Shown here piece by piece: positions 1 to 12,690 of a stretch of DNA of 64,000 nt. The first letter of the stretch is position 1; each line of letters begins with the position of its first letter. The position numbers and the translations under genes are program-made. The DNA is from Podarcis bocagei (lineage: Eukaryota): NCBI GenBank assembly GCA_964188305.1, contig OZ076889.1; one strand, 5' to 3'. The notes below the pieces were generated by a model. That model was not told the DNA's origin, made no database searches, and saw nothing but the letters and a program-made list of their open reading frames with translations.

Positions 1-129
1 TCTATTCATCATCTTACTGTGCAATTAGTGACTTTATGTAGGACAGCTTTATTTAGGAATCGCTTTACCCCTTACCGTCCAACATTTCTCCAATGAAAAT
101 AGGGATGCCCTATTCTGTTGTTGTTGTTG

Positions 130-520
130 TTGTTATACTCCACCCATCTGATTGAGTTCCCCAACCCACTCTGGGCGGCTTCCAACATACAGTGGTACCT
201 CGGGTTACATACACTTCAGGTTACAGACACTTCAGGTTACAGACTCCGCTAACCCAGAAATAGTACCTCGGGTTAAGAACTTTGCTTCAGGATGAGAACA
301 GAAATCATGCAGCGGCAGCGGGAGGCCCCATTAGCTAAAGTGGTGCTTCAGGTTAAGAATAGTTTCAGGTTAAGAACAGACCTCTGGAACGAATTAAGTA
401 CTTAACCTGAGGTACCACTGTATATAGAAACACCATAAAACAATAAACATTTTTTAAAAAAACCTTCCATATAAAGGGCTGCCTTCAGATGTCTTTTGAA
501 GGTTATATAGTTACTTATCT
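130..520 (-). mobile_element. L2-type LINE 3' end, interrupted by a MITE
   Basis: cccatctgattgagttccccaacccactctgggcggcttccaac and ggctgccttcagatgtctt are the reverse complement of the L2-like tail at 59720-59920 and match 53460-53600. Confidence 0.65.
190..420. mobile_element. Tc1/mariner (Tigger-like) MITE, copy 1
   Basis: TIR CAGTGGTACCTC...GAGGTACCACTG flanked by TA on both sides; three copies in the window. Confidence 0.9.
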
Positions 521-889
521 CCAAGGGTCATATAACCATACCCTCCATCATTTCTCCAATGAAAATAGGAACATCATAGTAGGGAGAAGTATATATGAGA
601 GTCCCCCATATATATTCAAAGATGCTTTCATTCTGCAGCCTGAAGATTTCTAGGGAGGCTGAATTATATGTATATTTTTGTATGATATGAGAATGATAAA
701 CAAAGCATTTTCCTTTCTCTTTTTTATGGGAGAATGTATATTTTAACCCTTTTCATTCCTGGTGCAATATTTCTTTTTTCTTTTTCTTTTTTTAAATGAA
801 GGAGGGGGTTATAGTTTTGAGCATGTAGGATCAGGGCAAAGTCCTTTTTAAAAAAATGCATTGTGTTCATCAGTATGATTAATTTTTAT

Positions 890-1018
890 AATGAATGATT
901 TTAGAATGTTGTTTATGTTGTACTTTTGTACTGTTTTATTGTTGTTAGCCGCCCTGAGCCCGGCTTCGGCTGGGGAGGGCGGGATATAAATAAAATTTAT
1001 TATTATTATTATTATTAT
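890..1018 (+). mobile_element. L2-type LINE/SINE 3' tail with (TTA)n
   Basis: gttagccgccctgagcccggcttcggctggggagggcgggatataaataaaa stem-loop followed by a (tta)n tail. Confidence 0.6.
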
Positions 1019-1854
1019 ACAAAGGGTTACACAAATGAAACCGATCTGCTTTCTCAAGATGGCTGCTTTGAGTCTGCAGAAATCCCTGGGAATCTGAGTG
1101 ATAGACTTTGGGGAGTTTCTAGTTACAGATTTTGCAAGGCTGAACTGAATAAGCTCAGCTAGGATTCCGATCCCTTCCATTTAGCTCGATCTCATTTGAA
1201 TGCGAAATCATTTCTCATAATGTAAGCAATTTGATAAGCTGAGATACTTTTGTCAGAGCTGCAAGCGCAGACAGAATCTGCTTGGCTTTGGCAAGTAACA
1301 GAATCCAACAACCTGAGACTCTCTGGTTTCATTTTTCCTCCTTAGGGGCAATCTTTATGACTATGGGGATAGGTTTGAAATTGTATGACAGTGCCTAATA
1401 AATCATGGAAGTGTGACTGAGAGAGGTTTCCACTGGCCATGGAGTATTAGTTATGTGCTTAACTCCTGGTCCCTCCCATCTTTAGACAAAGCACGGTAAA
1501 TAGCACAAGTAAATATATGGGCATTTGCAAACCTTGCAGGGTACAGTTCTGATCACAGAATACTGTGTTTAGAGCAGAATTTCGACTGGAAGAGGCAGTG
1601 ACTCACAAAACTATTCAGTGGTTGGGATGTGCAAGACCATGCAACAGAACCGATAAGTGCAGCCATCTTCGCAATATGTGGACCTCTCACGGATGAGCAT
1701 GAATTGTAATCTAATACTTGAATATGCTCTCCACATGTATGTATTTGGCCAGAAAAAAAGAATCACTATTGAACTCATGGGTCTTTTAAAAGTTTTGCAA
1801 GCTTTTACTATGAAAGTTTAGTCACAATGATCAATTCACTGATAACATTCTCCT

Positions 1855-2130
1855 ATCTGTGGCATTATAATGTGCTCCACATGAAGAAGACTCAGAAACT
1901 GAAGCTGGTGCAAAATGTGATGGCCCACCTTTTGAGTGAGGCAGAGTCACGTGACTGAGGCGGAGTCATGTTACTTCATGTCTCAAAGATCTGCACTGGT
2001 TGCCAATATGTGTCCAGGACAAATTCAGGGTTTCACAGATGCCATATAAAACCCTGAATGATTTGAGACCTAAATATCAAGAGTGCTTCTCTCCCTGTAT
2101 CAGCAGTGGATGGTAGGATGAGGCCACAGT
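1855..2130 (+). mobile_element. Degraded L2 LINE fragment
   Basis: cagaaactgaagctggtgcaaaatg...ctgcactggttgccaat...aaattcaggg, shared with fragments at 4170-4400, 7175-7400 and (reversed) 25880-26030. Confidence 0.6.
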
Positions 2131-3818
2131 GCTGTGTTACTGATGCTGCTTAATGAGAAGGAGAGGAGGGAGGCAGCAAGGAGGTTTGCATAGCCAGGAG
2201 GTTCACTAGTCTTGCCTCGCTCCTCCAGCCAGCTATGGAGGGGCTAGCCACGTATTTAGTCCTGGGTGAAGTCTCCAGAGGGGAGCCATTGAGGCTCCCA
2301 ACCTCTCTCTCTCTGCGCCATTCCCACCTCTTTAGGCTTGGCTGTATTCTCAACAAACCTTCCTCTGCCCTATTGTATATATTTCTGTTCTACACCTGGC
2401 CCTGGCCCATTGCTCCTGCTCCTCCTAAAATATTCCGAAGTCTGTAGGACTAGCTATTTTGCAATTTGAAGAAGTTTTTTTTTCCCAGATGTATTTAATT
2501 TTCATTTTAACCATGATCAAAAATCATTCTTCATCCTGAGATTTCTTATAGCAAATATTTGAAAGTCTGCTCTTGTTACATTTGTGTCAAGGTGGCCTGC
2601 ATGCTTGCCTTACAGTAACCTTGGGAAGTGGGTTATGTTGAAGATGGTGTCTTTCCAAGGCCACTCAGTGAACTTGATAGCAGAGCAGAAATTTGAACCC
2701 AGGACTCTGTTCGATGCACTGTCAGGTGCTCTTCCACTGAAGAATCTGGACCCACCTGATACCACCGACAACAGCAGAAGGGGACAGACCTCCTTCATCA
2801 AGTTCGCTTTCAAATTCCCCAGGTCTGAAATGGCACCAATATGCTACATGAAGTTCCTATTAGACTTTGGGGCATCGTCCCTTTTTAGACTGCAATTAGG
2901 AAAGGGGAGAGATGGAACCTAATACTTCAAGAAGCTTTGAACCGAGCCAAGTGTCCTGGTTGGACGACCAGCAGCAGCACTCGGCTGCAATTTTAATCTT
3001 GGATTAGGAAGGACCTTTGCCATCTAAACTCTCCTTGTGCTCCCAGTTGCTTTTGCATTAGTTAATGTTTGAGCTTCCTAGTTAGGCTAATTGTGGCATG
3101 CGAGCGGCAGGCTGCACAGATGTCAGATGTCATGCTCTATCTGATGAAGAGGTCCCTGCCTCGGGCTGTTTATATATGACCTACCAGGATTTCCTGACTG
3201 CATGATGAAATAATTAGGGGGCCCTTGTGCAAGGAATAATGTTGGCAATAGGTTACAAAGGCATCCCATTTTGTTTTGTTTTGTTTTTTGGTTAAAAAAA
3301 ATAAATCCTAAGCATTTTCCTTATCGGCTACAAAATCTTCCAAGGCTTCTTATGTACTTCCTACTTGTCTGTATTTTTTTATTTTTTTTAAAAAAGCATT
3401 TCACGAGAATGCTTAAAAAGGTTTCATAAAGTTGAGCAGGCTCTGTTCCTTGTTTCTCACATTACATAGTGGGGCTAATGGCATAAGTAAACAGCGGAAG
3501 AAATAGAGTTATTGGGTGGGTGGGGTCTATTTGTTTTATGCGAAGTTTGCCATTTTGCTTCTTGAACCAGCAAGTTGTAAGTCCTAGTTTTAGCAGGACA
3601 AAGAAATAGAGGAAAGACCATTGTTGCATCTGCTTAGTCATTAAGGCTGCCATCTTTACTGGCAAATCCCATTGACCTTAGGGGTGCTTACTTCTGAGTA
3701 GACATGTTTAAAATTGCAAAGGAGTAAGTACTAAGAAGACGTTTTATAAATGCTTTTTTACAGAATAGGTACGTGGATCTGCTTGAATGTTCTCCTGTTA
3801 GATAAGCTTTTTTTTTTT

Positions 3819-4440
3819 AAGGCAGCTAGTGGTCCAGCTGCACACCTGTCTAGTCAAGGACAGCCTAACTTTTGTCGTTTGTGCTCTGGTAACCACTAGA
3901 TTGGATTCCTTCCAGTGTGGTGTAGTGGTTAAGAGCGGTAGTCTCGTAATCTGGGGAACCGGGTTCGGGTCTCCGCTCCTCCACATGCAGCTGCTGGGTG
4001 ACCTTGGGCCAGTCACACTTCTTTGAAGTCTCTCAGCCCCACTCACCTCACAGAGTGTTTGTTGTGGGGGAGGAAGGGAAAGGAGAATGTTCGCCGCTTT
4101 GAGACTCCTTAAAGGGAGTGAAAGGCGGGATATCAAATCCAAACTCTTCTTCTTCTTCTTCTTCTTATATAGATGGAACTCCCTTTGAAGACTGTTCAGA
4201 AACTGTGGCTGATGCAGATTTTGACAGCCAAATTGTTGATTGGGGCACAACTGTCCAAACATATAACACCAAATTCTGGTATTGCTACCAAATAGTTTCT
4301 AGGCTCAATTCAAAGTGCTGGTTTTGACCTATAAAGCCTTATGCAGCTTAGGACCCCAATACATTAAGGACTGCATCTTAGCACATGAAGCAACCCAGAC
4401 TCTCCAATTGTCACAAGACAGACGGATGCCAACAAGTCCT
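3819..4440 (+). mobile_element. L2 LINE fragment split by a SINE insertion
   Basis: ctggtaaccactagattggatt [SINE] ccctttgaagactgttcagaaactg...caattcaaagtgctggttttgacctataaagcc; degenerate ORF2 C-terminus (LVLTYKALCSLGPQYIKD). Confidence 0.7.
3913..4166 (+). mobile_element. tRNA-derived SINE (Squam3/Ther1-like), copy A
   Basis: A-box TGGTGTAGTGG, B-box-like GGTTCG, CORE-like GGGTGACCTTGGGCCAGTCAC, (CTT)n tail; four copies in the window. Confidence 0.9.
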
Positions 4441-5659
4441 GTGAATGCTTATATGAGAGTAAGTAATACAGAACTCATATTTAAGAGAACACCTATTTAA
4501 GATTCCACTGCAAAAGAAAAAGAAAACGTTCCTCTTTCAGATTAAGAAATTCAGGTCATCAAGCAATATTTCCTTTTTCCTTGTGATACAATCAGCATTA
4601 CTAGTATTGAGAGATCTACAACAAAGTAATTAGGTATGTTCGCCTTCCTATGTGAACTAAATCGAATTTCTCCCCCACCCCTAGCTCCCATATTAGCAAA
4701 ACTATTTTTTGCATCCAATTTTACTGCTAGCCATCATTACTACACCCAATTACTACATCACTCCAGCCACTTACTAAAAGTACTGCCTTTTTTCACCTAG
4801 CGTTGAATTCTTTTTCTAACAGCCTCATTCTTATATGATTAAACACATTTATTCCATACTTCAAGGCTATTTCCTTGGTACCCTATTGCTACAAAGCATG
4901 GCCTTTCGTGTCATTGTAAGAGCACTTGGGAGAGCTCCCTTCCAGTGCTAAGGCTTTGAATGTATTTTAAAGGCCACCTGGCAGTCACCTGAAAGACCTA
5001 AATTTGCATAAAGAAATAAATAATGCACCCATATGTTAATTGAGTTCCCCATGTAGAAAATGTAAGACTGAACGCTGCTTGTTGGCCAAATATCAGGCAG
5101 TAATATCACTATAATTTCAACCCAGACACTGTTTTAATTTGTTCAGGATGCTTATTACTGGCATTGACACGAAGGTGATTTCTCTGAAGCTATTTCAGGT
5201 AAGGGCCTGAGGTAAATTTGTAAGTGATGAAGCTGGGAATCTCCCCAGCTTCCTTACTTCCCAGCTCTGCAGTTTGCAAATGTTTGCACCAATCCACCTT
5301 ATTTCTTTCACAGCTACTATACTTCTATTTTAAAATGTATATTTTTATTGCAAATATGACGGAAAGAAAAAGGAAGCGCCATCAGCTCACATTCATGATA
5401 AGAATAATCCATCAGCGCTAATTGAAACATGTATTAATATAACCAGGTCCAAACAGATATCCAAAAGTGATTAACGATTACATGGAAATGTAGAAAGGAG
5501 ATTAAAATCTTTGGTCTATCGAGTAATGGATGGGTGTTTATCCTTCCAGTCTCAAATTACAAGTCTCTTTGCAACTATAAGGCCTCACGGGATCCACTTC
5601 CATTAACGATCTGTTAGTCCCTGCCATCACTGGATAGCTGCTACACCTCTTGAGTAAAT

Positions 5660-5880
5660 GTATGGTGTAATGGTTAGCGTGTCGGACTAAGACCTGGGAA
5701 ACCAGGGTTCAAATCCCTGCCCAGGAGACTTACTGAGTGGTTGGCCTTGGACCAATCAATGGCTTTTAGCTTAACCTGCCTTTTAGGGTTGTTGTGAGGA
5801 TAAAATGGAGAGGCAGAGAACCATGTACGATGCCTTGAGCTCCTTGGAGGAAAAGTGGAAGCAAATGTAAAAATAAATAC
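5660..5880 (+). mobile_element. Older MIR/Squam3-like SINE
   Basis: tatggtgtaatggttag...ggttcaaatccc...gggttgttgtgaggataaaatgg...ccttgagctccttggagg; relatives at 20310-20470 (+), 37265-37460 (-) and 53855-54040 (-). Confidence 0.75.
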
Positions 5881-7433
5881 AAGGTGGGGGGGAGGGGAGT
5901 ATATGCAGGTTGAAAAGTACATGTTTTTCTTACTGTACCTTTTCAAAATGCACCCAGCTGGAGGAACGTGTCAGAACCAGCTACATGAGAACATGTCGAT
6001 CACTGTTTTATTTGGCACAACATGCAACAGAAGCCAGTTGACATGAAACCACACGTCACTGGCGTAATGTGCTTGGGAAGACATGCTGGAGGGAGCACTG
6101 GGATTTTCTTTTCCTAACAGAAATGGATTTTGATAGAGGGGTTCCCCACCACCACCAACCACCCTTAGACAAGTAACAAAAAGGTGTAAGACTCTCGATG
6201 CATTTAACTAACACTGTGTAATTAATCCTCACAACACCCTGCCGGAATACCACAAAAGAAAGTGGTGTCAAAGCAGGGATTAAACACAATGGTTGCTGAC
6301 TTTGCATCCTTTGTGTGCCCCACTAGACAACACCTTTGAAGAAATGTTTTAAATTGCCTGCTCATGCGACTTTGAAAAGTCTGTAGGTAGCAATTATCAG
6401 TCCAGACTTCCTACAGACATCCTTTTGCAAGTGGCAGGGGAAAGGGAGGTGCCGTAGCGATCACCCCACTATATTGTTAATCAGCAGCAACATTTTGCTG
6501 CCCACCTGATCAAAACAATATTCCATCACAGTATGGTGACTTTGCAAAGAAAGACTTAAGCTCTTTATTCTCATTATGATCGTTGGCAATAAATAATAAT
6601 AATAAAATTAGCTGCACGATAAAACCTTGCAAATCAGGTAGGAGCAGCAGCTTGGGTTTCCTGTCGCAAACAAATGCCAGGCTGTCAGTCCTCCAGTGAC
6701 TGACAGCTCGCATCAGAAAACTGCCCCTTGTTCCATTAAGGCAGGGAACAAAATCAGAAGCAAAATGTGCCGATGGAAGGCACTGTGCAGCTGAAGTATC
6801 AATTTGGCACAGCGGGGACGCAGACAGAAGCCGTGCACATTTTTCAGCTGGAGAAGAAAGCGGGTGCCGGGAGGGAAAGGGCTGCAAAGAGAAGAGAAGG
6901 AGGAAAAGACACGCGGTTGCGAAAAGAAAGGGGCAGAAGAAAGGGATGTCACAAGAAAGGCTGGGCATATGATGGGGGAAGAAAGTAACAGCAAAAAAGG
7001 AAAGCTAGGAAATCATCAGGTAACACAGTTATTGCTATTATTATTTGCCCATCCTTCACCAGCAGGTCCCAAGGAAACTTACAACTGTTCCATATTCAGT
7101 GTTAAAAACAGAGAAAGCAAACAACAGTCACAGGAATAGGGGCGTCCTGAAAACACTCTTCTCAGGTGTTGTATTATTACAACTTGGTGACAAGCCCTAG
7201 TTACATCTAGCCTGGATTGCTGTGATGCGCTCTTCATGGGGCTACCTTTGAAGAGTCTTAAGAAACTTCAGGTGGCCCAGAATGTGGCAACAAGGGTGTT
7301 CACCCATGCCATCTTATTACATCTGCCCTGGAATGCCTGCACTGGTTCCCAACTTGTTTCTAGAAACAATTCAGAGGGTTGCTTTGTTACCTCATAAACT
7401 GGGCATGGGGAAGCTCCAACCTGTAGACCAATA

Positions 7434-7674
7434 CAGTGGTACCTCTAGTTATGAACTTAATTCGTTCCAGAGGTCCGTTCTTAACCTGAAACTGTTCTTA
7501 ACTAGAGGCGTGCTTTCGCTAATGGGGCCTCTTGCTGCCACTGCGCCACCAGCACACGATTTCCGTTCTTATCCTGGGGCAAAGTTCTCAACTCAAGGTA
7601 ACTCTTTCAGGTTAGTGGAGTTTGTAACCTGGAGCATTTGTAACCTGAGGCATTTGTAACTCCAGGTACCACTG
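7434..7674. mobile_element. Tc1/mariner MITE, copy 2 (inverted relative to copy 1)
   Basis: TA|CAGTGGTACCT...AGGTACCACTG|TA; interior is the reverse complement of 190-420. Confidence 0.88.
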
Positions 7675-10334
7675 TATAGGCCCACCAGGCAGTCCATCAC
7701 ACACTGGTGATGTCAGTTGATGGGCAGGATGACATGGTTTAATCCTGCACTGGTTGTGCATCTTGTTCTCAGCAATCAATAGAATCATACAGGCAAGCAG
7801 CAGGTTTTAATCACCGGTCATCAGTAAACTGAGTAGAGATTAAAACTCTTTGCAAAAGCAGTCTTTGACGTAGCACATCTCCTTTAAGCGAGCTCAAATC
7901 CACAACAACTTCAAGGCCCTTTTGTTGTTTGCAAAGGGCCTTAAGATAGCTCTCATACTCCTGTTTGAGGCTGAAACAGGAGCATGGAGCCTTTCTTAGA
8001 GCCCTTTGCCAAATCCATCTTTGAAGCAATCGTCCTCTCCCTTTCTCCTTTAAACATCGCTCAGATGTTCTTGTGGGGAACTGCTTTATCTGCTTTGCCA
8101 GTCCTTGTTGAATATACCCCTATTGCTGCTATGCTTTAAATTTACACACCTATCACATGTCTCCTCTTACTTATCTTTTCTCTGAACTAAGGAGCATGCC
8201 CATGGATTTCAAACAGAGCCTGTGGCCAGACTCCACCCTAAGAACTATCGGCTGTAATCAAAAGGAACTTCCATTGTTTCAAGCTAGATCAGGGTGGCTG
8301 CACTCCTACCTTTAGTGAAACTGATTACTATATTGTTTACAATGTTGTGTCAACACTGTAATTTTGAAAAAAAGTTTGGCAGACTCAATTGATGGACCTC
8401 TGAGCCAGCACCGCCTTCCCATCTTTTATTGTCAGCCAACCTTCTGGCACCATATCAGATAGGTACCACCAGCAGCTATACACTGTGTATGACAAACGTA
8501 CCCATTTAAAAAGTAGGAAAGGGTCCTTTTCTCTTCTTCTGTACTTCCTTCTTGTGCTGTCAACCAGAAACAGCAGCCCTGTAGTTATTTGAAGACCTCA
8601 CTCTCCTTCTTTTTCGCCTATGCACAACCAGTTTCTTAACCATTGCTTGTATGGTTTATATTCTAGCTGAACCTCTTGTATTTGGTATCCTCCAGGTATT
8701 TTGGACCACAACTTGCATCAGCTCCAGCTAGCACAGCTGTACTAGCAGGGGCTGATGGGAATAATGGTCCAAAACTTCTGAAGAGCACCAGGTTGAGAAA
8801 GGTTGAACTATCTGCTGCATCATTTTTATAACTCTACTCCTCTTCCTCCCATGCTTGTACTGAAATGACTAACATCAACCGCTTTTGGTGGGTTGTGGTT
8901 TTTTTTAAAGATTCTGGAAAATTAAAGAAAAGAAAAATATATACCTGCAGGAGTGTCATTTTTCATATATTTATTTGGTGCCTTTCATGGTAAGCCCACA
9001 AACCTGGTTGAGGCTGGGCGGCGGGTGCTTCCACTGCATCAAAGTTCATTATAACTAACTATACCACAAATAACAGAGGTACAGGATAAGCAAGAGTCTC
9101 TATCCCATATGCAGCTGTAGCACAGCAAGACCATCACAGGCAATTAATTCCTGGTGGTCCAATTGATTACACATATTTTAAGGAATAATAGTCAAATATC
9201 CGACTTCTTAGAACAAGGGAGAGAGTCCTATAAGCTGCCCACTCCCTCCTCCAAACTCTTTTGCTGTTAATTGTATTATACCCTAGGCTGTGCTTTAAGA
9301 TCTTCTAGTTTATTTCATTTTCTATAGCCTTTTTTTTTACTTGAAGAAATCACTTTATTCCCTTGTCCTTCCTTTAACTTGGCAACAGCTGACCCTGGCA
9401 GGCAGCCCAAAGCATGGTGAATGACAAATCACTACCAGATGAAGCCCTGTGAGCGTTTCCTCCAGCCACAGAAAACTGGGAGGCCCAATCAAATTGCTGA
9501 AGTGTCAGAGAATCGTACTGAGATCAGCCACGGCGAGTTCTCCTTACTTTTGTTTTGTGAGGCCATCTAATAGGCCTGTAAAATCCCGTAGCTGTGACTT
9601 AAACCCTGGGAAAGGCCACCCAGTTATTCCAGCATCAGTCTGGGGTAAACTCCTTGATTGTTGGCTGGAGTGCGTAGGAACTAGCTGAGGGACTTCTGGT
9701 GGTACCAGAATAAGGGACATGAAGGTTTCAAGTGACTGTTCAGCCTCCTACAGTGTCTCATTGGATTTAATCTGTAGCCATCATATGATATTTGGTTTGC
9801 TGTCACCATCAGTGAAGGAATGTATATCAAGGGTACCTCCAAACCAGCATTCTTGGGCAGTTGTCTATACGGCAACCTTCCATAATCTGGCACCCTCCAG
9901 AAGTTTTGGACTACAACTCCCATCAGTGTCACTCAGCACAGTCAATACTCAGGAATGATGGGAATCATAGTCTGAAATGTCTGGAGGGTTCCTGGTTGGG
10001 GCAGGGGATTCCTGTAGAGTATGCCACTTTATTTAAGGGCCTTAACAACCTCCTTCCTTGTGACACCCATTTAACCAATACCTAGCCCTTCCTTTGCCAA
10101 AACTTATTTGGCCAGGGTTGCCAATGTGGCACAATGGTGCCCATGAGGACTTCCCCTGTGCCCACGAGGACTCTGTCCCAGGCATTCACTGCCTCCTTAA
10201 TCATGAGGTGTTGAGGTTGGTTACCTTTTTGCTCTTGAAAAGAACACAGAGCAGAAGGAGGAAATTGGGAAAGTGATGCTTCCAGCTCTATGTGCTTTAC
10301 AGGGCTCATATCAATACCTGGGCAGCTGTCTTCT

Positions 10335-10840
10335 TCTTTGGCGATCACTCATACCCAAGTAAGATCGTCTTCCATAAACACAGTTTTAACAATGAGTCCG
10401 TAAGTGACTATGGAAGCAATTCTGGATCTACACGTCCTTAAACAGTGGGGACATTGGTTCCTGGGCGGGAGTTGATCATGGTGTGGATTTGCCAAGCGTG
10501 CCTTCCTCTTAGCACATTGCTCCCTTGTGACCTGAGTTTGAGTGTCTTCAAAGCCCATGACACCTTTGGTAAAGGCTGTTCTCCAATTGGAGTGCTAGCA
10601 GGCAAGTGTTTCCCAATTGTTTTTGTTTATACTGCATTTTTTAAAAAAATTGCCTTGAGACAGTCTTTAAACCTTTGTTGACCACCAGCATTATGCTTTC
10701 CATTTTAAAGTTTGGAATAGAGTAGTTGCTGATAATCAGGCATCAGGCATCTGCACAACATGACCAGTCCAACGAAGTTGATGTTGAAGTATGTTTGCTT
10801 CAACACTGGTGATCTTTGCTTCTTCCAGTATACTGGGCAG
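10335..10840 (-). mobile_element. RTE-clade LINE 3' fragment
   Basis: Frameshifted minus-strand peptides LEEAKITSVEANILQHQLRWTGHVVQM, QLLYSKL and CPHCLRTCRSRI typical of the RTE ORF C-terminus. Confidence 0.8.
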
Positions 10841-11394
10841 CTGTGCTGATATTGGAACAGATGAGAGGGTGGGTGGGAGTGATCTGGTATACTGGAGGGT
10901 AGAAAAAAACTGGAGAGTGGAGTAGGGAGAAAGCAGGCTACAAGAGGAGGGACAGAATATAAGTGAGAGAAGGATAATGAGATTGGAATGTGTGTGAGAG
11001 AGGAGATGCCAGGGACAAGGGAGACAGCAAGAGAAGATGTACACACTATATGTGCAGCTTGCAATCTTCAGCCTAGTAGAAGCCGGCTGCAAATTATTGC
11101 ATAGACTCCTTGGAGGATCTGCCCTCCTCCACTCCCTCCTCCCTTCTCCCTGTTAACCTCTATCTCCAGGGTTCAGTGGTGGAAGGGACTGCAGAAGGTT
11201 AGGGCACCTGTAGTCCTCCCAGCTGCCTGCTGGGTCGCTGACAATTTAAGGTAAGCGGACTTACCACATCTGCATCATACGTTGAACATACCTCTAATGC
11301 ACATAGCTTCTCCCAAAGAATCCTGGGAATTGTAGTTTACAATTCACAGTGCTACAATTCCCTGCATCCTTAACAAACCACAATTGATTGTACC

Positions 11395-11525
11395 AAAAGC
11401 CACCAAGAAATCAAGGGGAATCAACAGGGTCACACTCTTGTCCCTCTCCTGAAAGTTATTTACCAGGATGCAAAAGGCAATTTTAGTGCCAAACCCAGAC
11501 CTGAATTCATATTGAAATGGGTTGC
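11395..11525 (-). mobile_element. L2 reverse transcriptase fragment
   Basis: PFQYEFRSGFGTKIAF...SVTLLIPLDFLVAFGTI resembles the RT motifs QSGFR..TETA..LLDLSAAFDT. Confidence 0.7.
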
Positions 11526-12320
11526 TTATTAGAAAAGGATCAGGTAGCAAGTGAAGTGGAAGACCATCTACCTTGAAAAGCCACTGTCATTCAGAGTAAA
11601 TGATATTGTAGGCAAATATTCTGACCGGCATGAGACAGTTTCATGCATTCCTATTTGATTGTTACACATGACTATTTTACAGTGCGTTTTTATGATGTTT
11701 TACTTCACTTAACTATAGCAATATGTTAATGCAGTCTAATAGTATGTTTATAAAACGTTAACCTGCTGTCTGTCTTTTTTGTATTTACAGCTTCAATACT
11801 GGTGAGTCTCCTTCCGTTGGGTGCTGTCCGACAAGCATAATGCCCTTCTTGCCTTCTGTAAGACTGAATAAACCTCTCAATCCCACATGGCTGTACAACC
11901 AACAAAGTCTGGCATTTCCCCCTTTCTTTTACATCCTCCATACAATAGTAGTCCATTCCATAAAATCAATATTCCCATCTTTTGCAGAGATTAAGAGTGG
12001 AGGTAAGGAAGACCCTATCTGAACAATGATGTAGAGCCCACAGCACAACTGCTCCGTCCTCAGAGTTTGGAACTTGTGTCCCATGTGTACGTTCACAAAT
12101 CTTGCCAGTTTGAATCATTTGACAAAGCCTTTGGACAAATTTTCAAAAAGCTGGCACCAAAGGCTTTCTTCAGTTCAATTTACACCGACTGAGATTACCT
12201 CATCAAATTGCCAAACATGCAACTTTCTGGTTGAAAGAGACCTTTCAACTCCATCCATTGGCATTCACAGCTTACTTTGCACCAGAGAGTTCATTGCTAT
12301 AATTGTGCAGGTGATGTTAT

Positions 12321-12690
12321 GGTAAGGTAAAGGTACCTTACCATAGGTCCAGTCGTGACCGACTCTGGGGTCCAGTCGTGACCGACTCTGGGGTTGCGGC
12401 TCTCATCTCGCTTTATTGGCCGAGTAAGCCAGCGTACAGCTTCCGGGTCATGTGGCCAGCATGACTAAGCTGTTTCTGGTGAACCAGAGCAGTGCACGGA
12501 AACGCCGTTTACCTTGCTGCTGAAGTGCTACCTATTTATCTACTTGCACTTTGACGTGCTTTCAAACTGCTAGGTTGGCAGGAGCAGGGACCGAGCAACA
12601 GGAGCTTACCCCATCGTGGGGATTCGAACCACTGACCTTCTGATCGGCAAGTCCTAGGCTCTGTGGTTTAACCCACAGCGCCACCCGCGT
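12321..12690 (-). mobile_element. Sauria SINE (Squam1), near full length
   Basis: Characteristic ccagtcgtgaccgactctggggttgcgg...gtcatgtggccagcatgact...ggattcgaacc...acagcgccacc; (ACCTT)n-type tail on the minus strand; possible TSD tatggtaa (12318-12325 and 12694-12701). Confidence 0.9.

Noticed and set aside
3141-3175. Hammerhead ribozyme core CTGATGA followed by a GAGG/CCTC stem
   Set aside because: The required GAAA after stem II is absent (reads GGGC) and I see no stems I/III; the same applies to CTGATGA at ~28096 and ~58609.
3913-3980. tRNA genes at SINE heads (also 5660, 18382, ~38985, 46797)
   Set aside because: A/B-box-like motifs run directly into SINE bodies; no complete cloverleaf.
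3798-4262. Recurrent ORF 'KKKKSLDLISR...AANILLSLPPPQQTLCEVS' (also 13976, 18337, 46826)
   Set aside because: Antisense read-through of the Squam3-like SINE, not a gene family.
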